A stretch of 64,000 nt of DNA from Balanoglossus misakiensis (taxonomy: Eukaryota > Animalia > Hemichordata): NCBI GenBank assembly GCA_040954595.2, contig CM082576.2, positions 1,183,303 to 1,247,302 on the forward strand. The letters run 5' to 3'. The position numbers and the translations under genes were made by a program. Within the stretch, counting starts at the first letter, position 1. Each line of letters starts with the position of its first letter. Positions 61,901-64,000 of this stretch are shown piece by piece. The notes beneath the pieces were generated by a model that had not been told where the DNA came from, made no database searches, and saw only the letters and a list, made by a program, of their open reading frames with translations.

Positions 61901-64000
61901 GTCGAAAAATCGCCATTTTCGGATGATTTTCGTGAGCTATAACCCATGATTTTTATCAAAAATCGAAGAAATTTCGAAATTCCCAAAGTCGAAAAATCGC
62001 CATTTTCGGATGATTTTCGTGAGCTATAACCCATGATTTTTATCAAAAATCGAAGAAATTTCGAAATTCCCCAAAGTCGAAAAATCGCCATTTTCGGATG
62101 ATTTTCGTGAGCTATAACCCATGATTTTTATCAAAAATCGAAGAAATTTCGAAATTCCCCAAAGTCGAAAAATCGCCATTTTCGGATGATTTTCGTGAGC
62201 TATAACCCATGATTTTTATCAAAAATCGAAGAAATTTCGAAATTCCCCAAAGTCGAAAAATCGCCATTTTCGGATGATTTTCGTGAGCTATAACCCATGA
62301 TTTTTATCAAAAATCGAAGAAATTTCGAAATTCCCCAAAGTCGAAAAATCGCCATTTTCGGATGATTTTCGTGAGCTATAACCCATGATTTTTATCAAAA
62401 ATCGAAGAAATTTCGAAATTCCCCAAAGTCGAAAAATCGCCATTTTCGGATGATTTTCGTGAGCTATAACCCATGATTTTTATCAAAAATCGAAGAAATT
62501 TCGAAATTCCCCAAAGTCGAAAAATCGCCATTTTCGGATGATTTTCGTGAGCTATAACCCATGATTTTTATCAAAAATCGAAGAAATTTCGAAATTCCCC
62601 AAAGTCGAAAAATCGCCATTTTCGGATGATTTTCGTGAGCTATAACCCATGATTTTATCAAAAATCGAAGAAATTTCGAAATTCCCCAAAGTCGAAAAAT
62701 CGCCATTTTCGGATGATTTTCGTGAGCTATAACCCATGATTTTTATCAAAAATCGAAGAAATTTCGAAATTCCCCAAAGTCGAAAAATCGCCATTTTCGG
62801 ATGATTTTCGTGAGCTATAACCCATGATTTTTATCAAAAATCGAAGAAATTTCGAAATTCCCCAAAGTCGAAAAATCGCCATTTTCGGATGATTTTCGTG
62901 AGCTATAACCCATGATTTTTATCAAAAATCGAAGAAATTTCGAAATTCCCCAAAGTCGAAAAATCGCCATTTTCGGATGATTTTCGTGAGCTATAACCCA
63001 TGATTTTTATCAAAAATCGAAGAAATTTCGAAATTCCCCAAAGTCGAAAAATCGCCATTTTCGGATGATTTTCGTGAGCTATAACCCATGATTTTTATCA
63101 AAAATCGAAGAAATTTCGAAATTCCCCAAAGTCGAAAAATCGCCATTTTCGGATGATTTTCGTGAGCTATAACCCATGATTTTTATCAAAAATCGAAGAA
63201 ATTTCGAAATTCCCCAAAGTCGAAAAATCGCCATTTTCGGATGATTTTCGTGAGCTATAACCCATGATTTTTATCAAAAATCGAAGAAATTTCGAAATTC
63301 CCCAAAGTCGAAAAATCGCCATTTTCGGATGATTTTCGTGAGCTATAACCCATGATTTTTATCAAAAATCGAAGAAATTTCGAAATTCCCAAAGTCGAAA
63401 AATCGCCATTTTCGGATGATTTTCGTGAGCTATAACCCATGATTTTGATCAAAAATCGAAGAAATTTCGAAATTCCCCAAAGTCGAAAAATCGCCATTTT
63501 CGGATGATTTTCAGTGAGCTATAACCCATGATTTTGATCAAAAATCGAAGAAATTTCGAAATTCCCCAAAGTCGAAAAATCGTCATTTTCGGATGATTTT
63601 CTTGAGCTATAACCCATGATTTTTATCAAAAATCGAAGAAATTTCGAAATTTCCCCCAAAGTCGAAAAATCGCCATTTTCGGATGATTTTCATGAGCTAT
63701 AACCCATGATTTTTATCAAAAATCGAAGAAATTTCGAAAATTCCCAAAGTCGAAAAATCGCCATTTTCGGATGATTTTCATGAGCTATAACCCATGATTT
63801 TTATCAAAAATCGAAGAAATTTCGAAATTCCCCAAAGTCGAAAATTCGCCATTTTCGGATGATTTTCATGAGCTATAACCCATGATTTTTATCAAAAATC
63901 GAAGAAATTTCGAAATTCCCCAAAGTCGAAAAATCGTCATTTTCGGATGATTTCTTGAGCTATAACCCATGATTTTATCAAAATCGAAGGAAATTTCGAA
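46901..64000. repeat. 88-bp satellite DNA array, ~194 copies, running off the window end
   Basis: Consensus GAGCTATAACCCATGATTTTTATCAAAAATCGAAGAAATTTCGAAATTCCCCAAAGTCGAAAAATCGCCATTTTCGGATGATTTTCGT; exact 88-bp register (46901, 47341, 48661, 49981, 51301, 52621). Confidence 0.99.

Noticed and set aside
53240-63497. Many repetitive minus-strand ORFs (MAIFRLWGISKF...) in the satellite
   Set aside because: Translations of the 88-bp monomer, opened by single-base indels; no coding signal.
46901-64000. CRISPR-like array or CENP-B box
   Set aside because: No unique spacers, only head-to-tail monomers; I found no TTCG-N4-A-N2-CGGG match on either strand.

Overview
Eukaryotic (metazoan, probably a marine invertebrate; AT-rich and CpG-poor outside one promoter region) genomic window with three parts. 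(1) 1-~36.9 kb: a spliced + strand inositol-1,4,5-trisphosphate 3-kinase gene (ITPKA/B/C family). Seven core exons (28682-33644) could be joined by hand. There is also a 24-nt acidic microexon (27032-27055), two candidate alternative first coding exons (14579-14779, 24633-24785) and one intron with U12 (minor spliceosome) signatures (29478-29744). (2) ~38.0-46.7 kb: a complete six-exon + strand CCDC85-family gene (386 aa predicted) with a CpG-rich leader containing uORFs. (3) ~46.7 kb to the window end: a homogeneous 88-bp satellite (~194 copies). It is preceded by two diverged 87-bp relatives and shows multi-kb variant-block duplications. Introns carry several small non-autonomous elements and hairpins and a strongly over-represented TACATGTA octamer. 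Most ORFs in the supplied track, including all those in the satellite, are non-coding noise. I see no prokaryotic systems, CRISPR arrays or RNA genes, and no clearly novel multi-gene system. The best leads are the U12 intron, the modular ITPK N-terminus and the gene-satellite junction. All coordinates and counts were read by hand.
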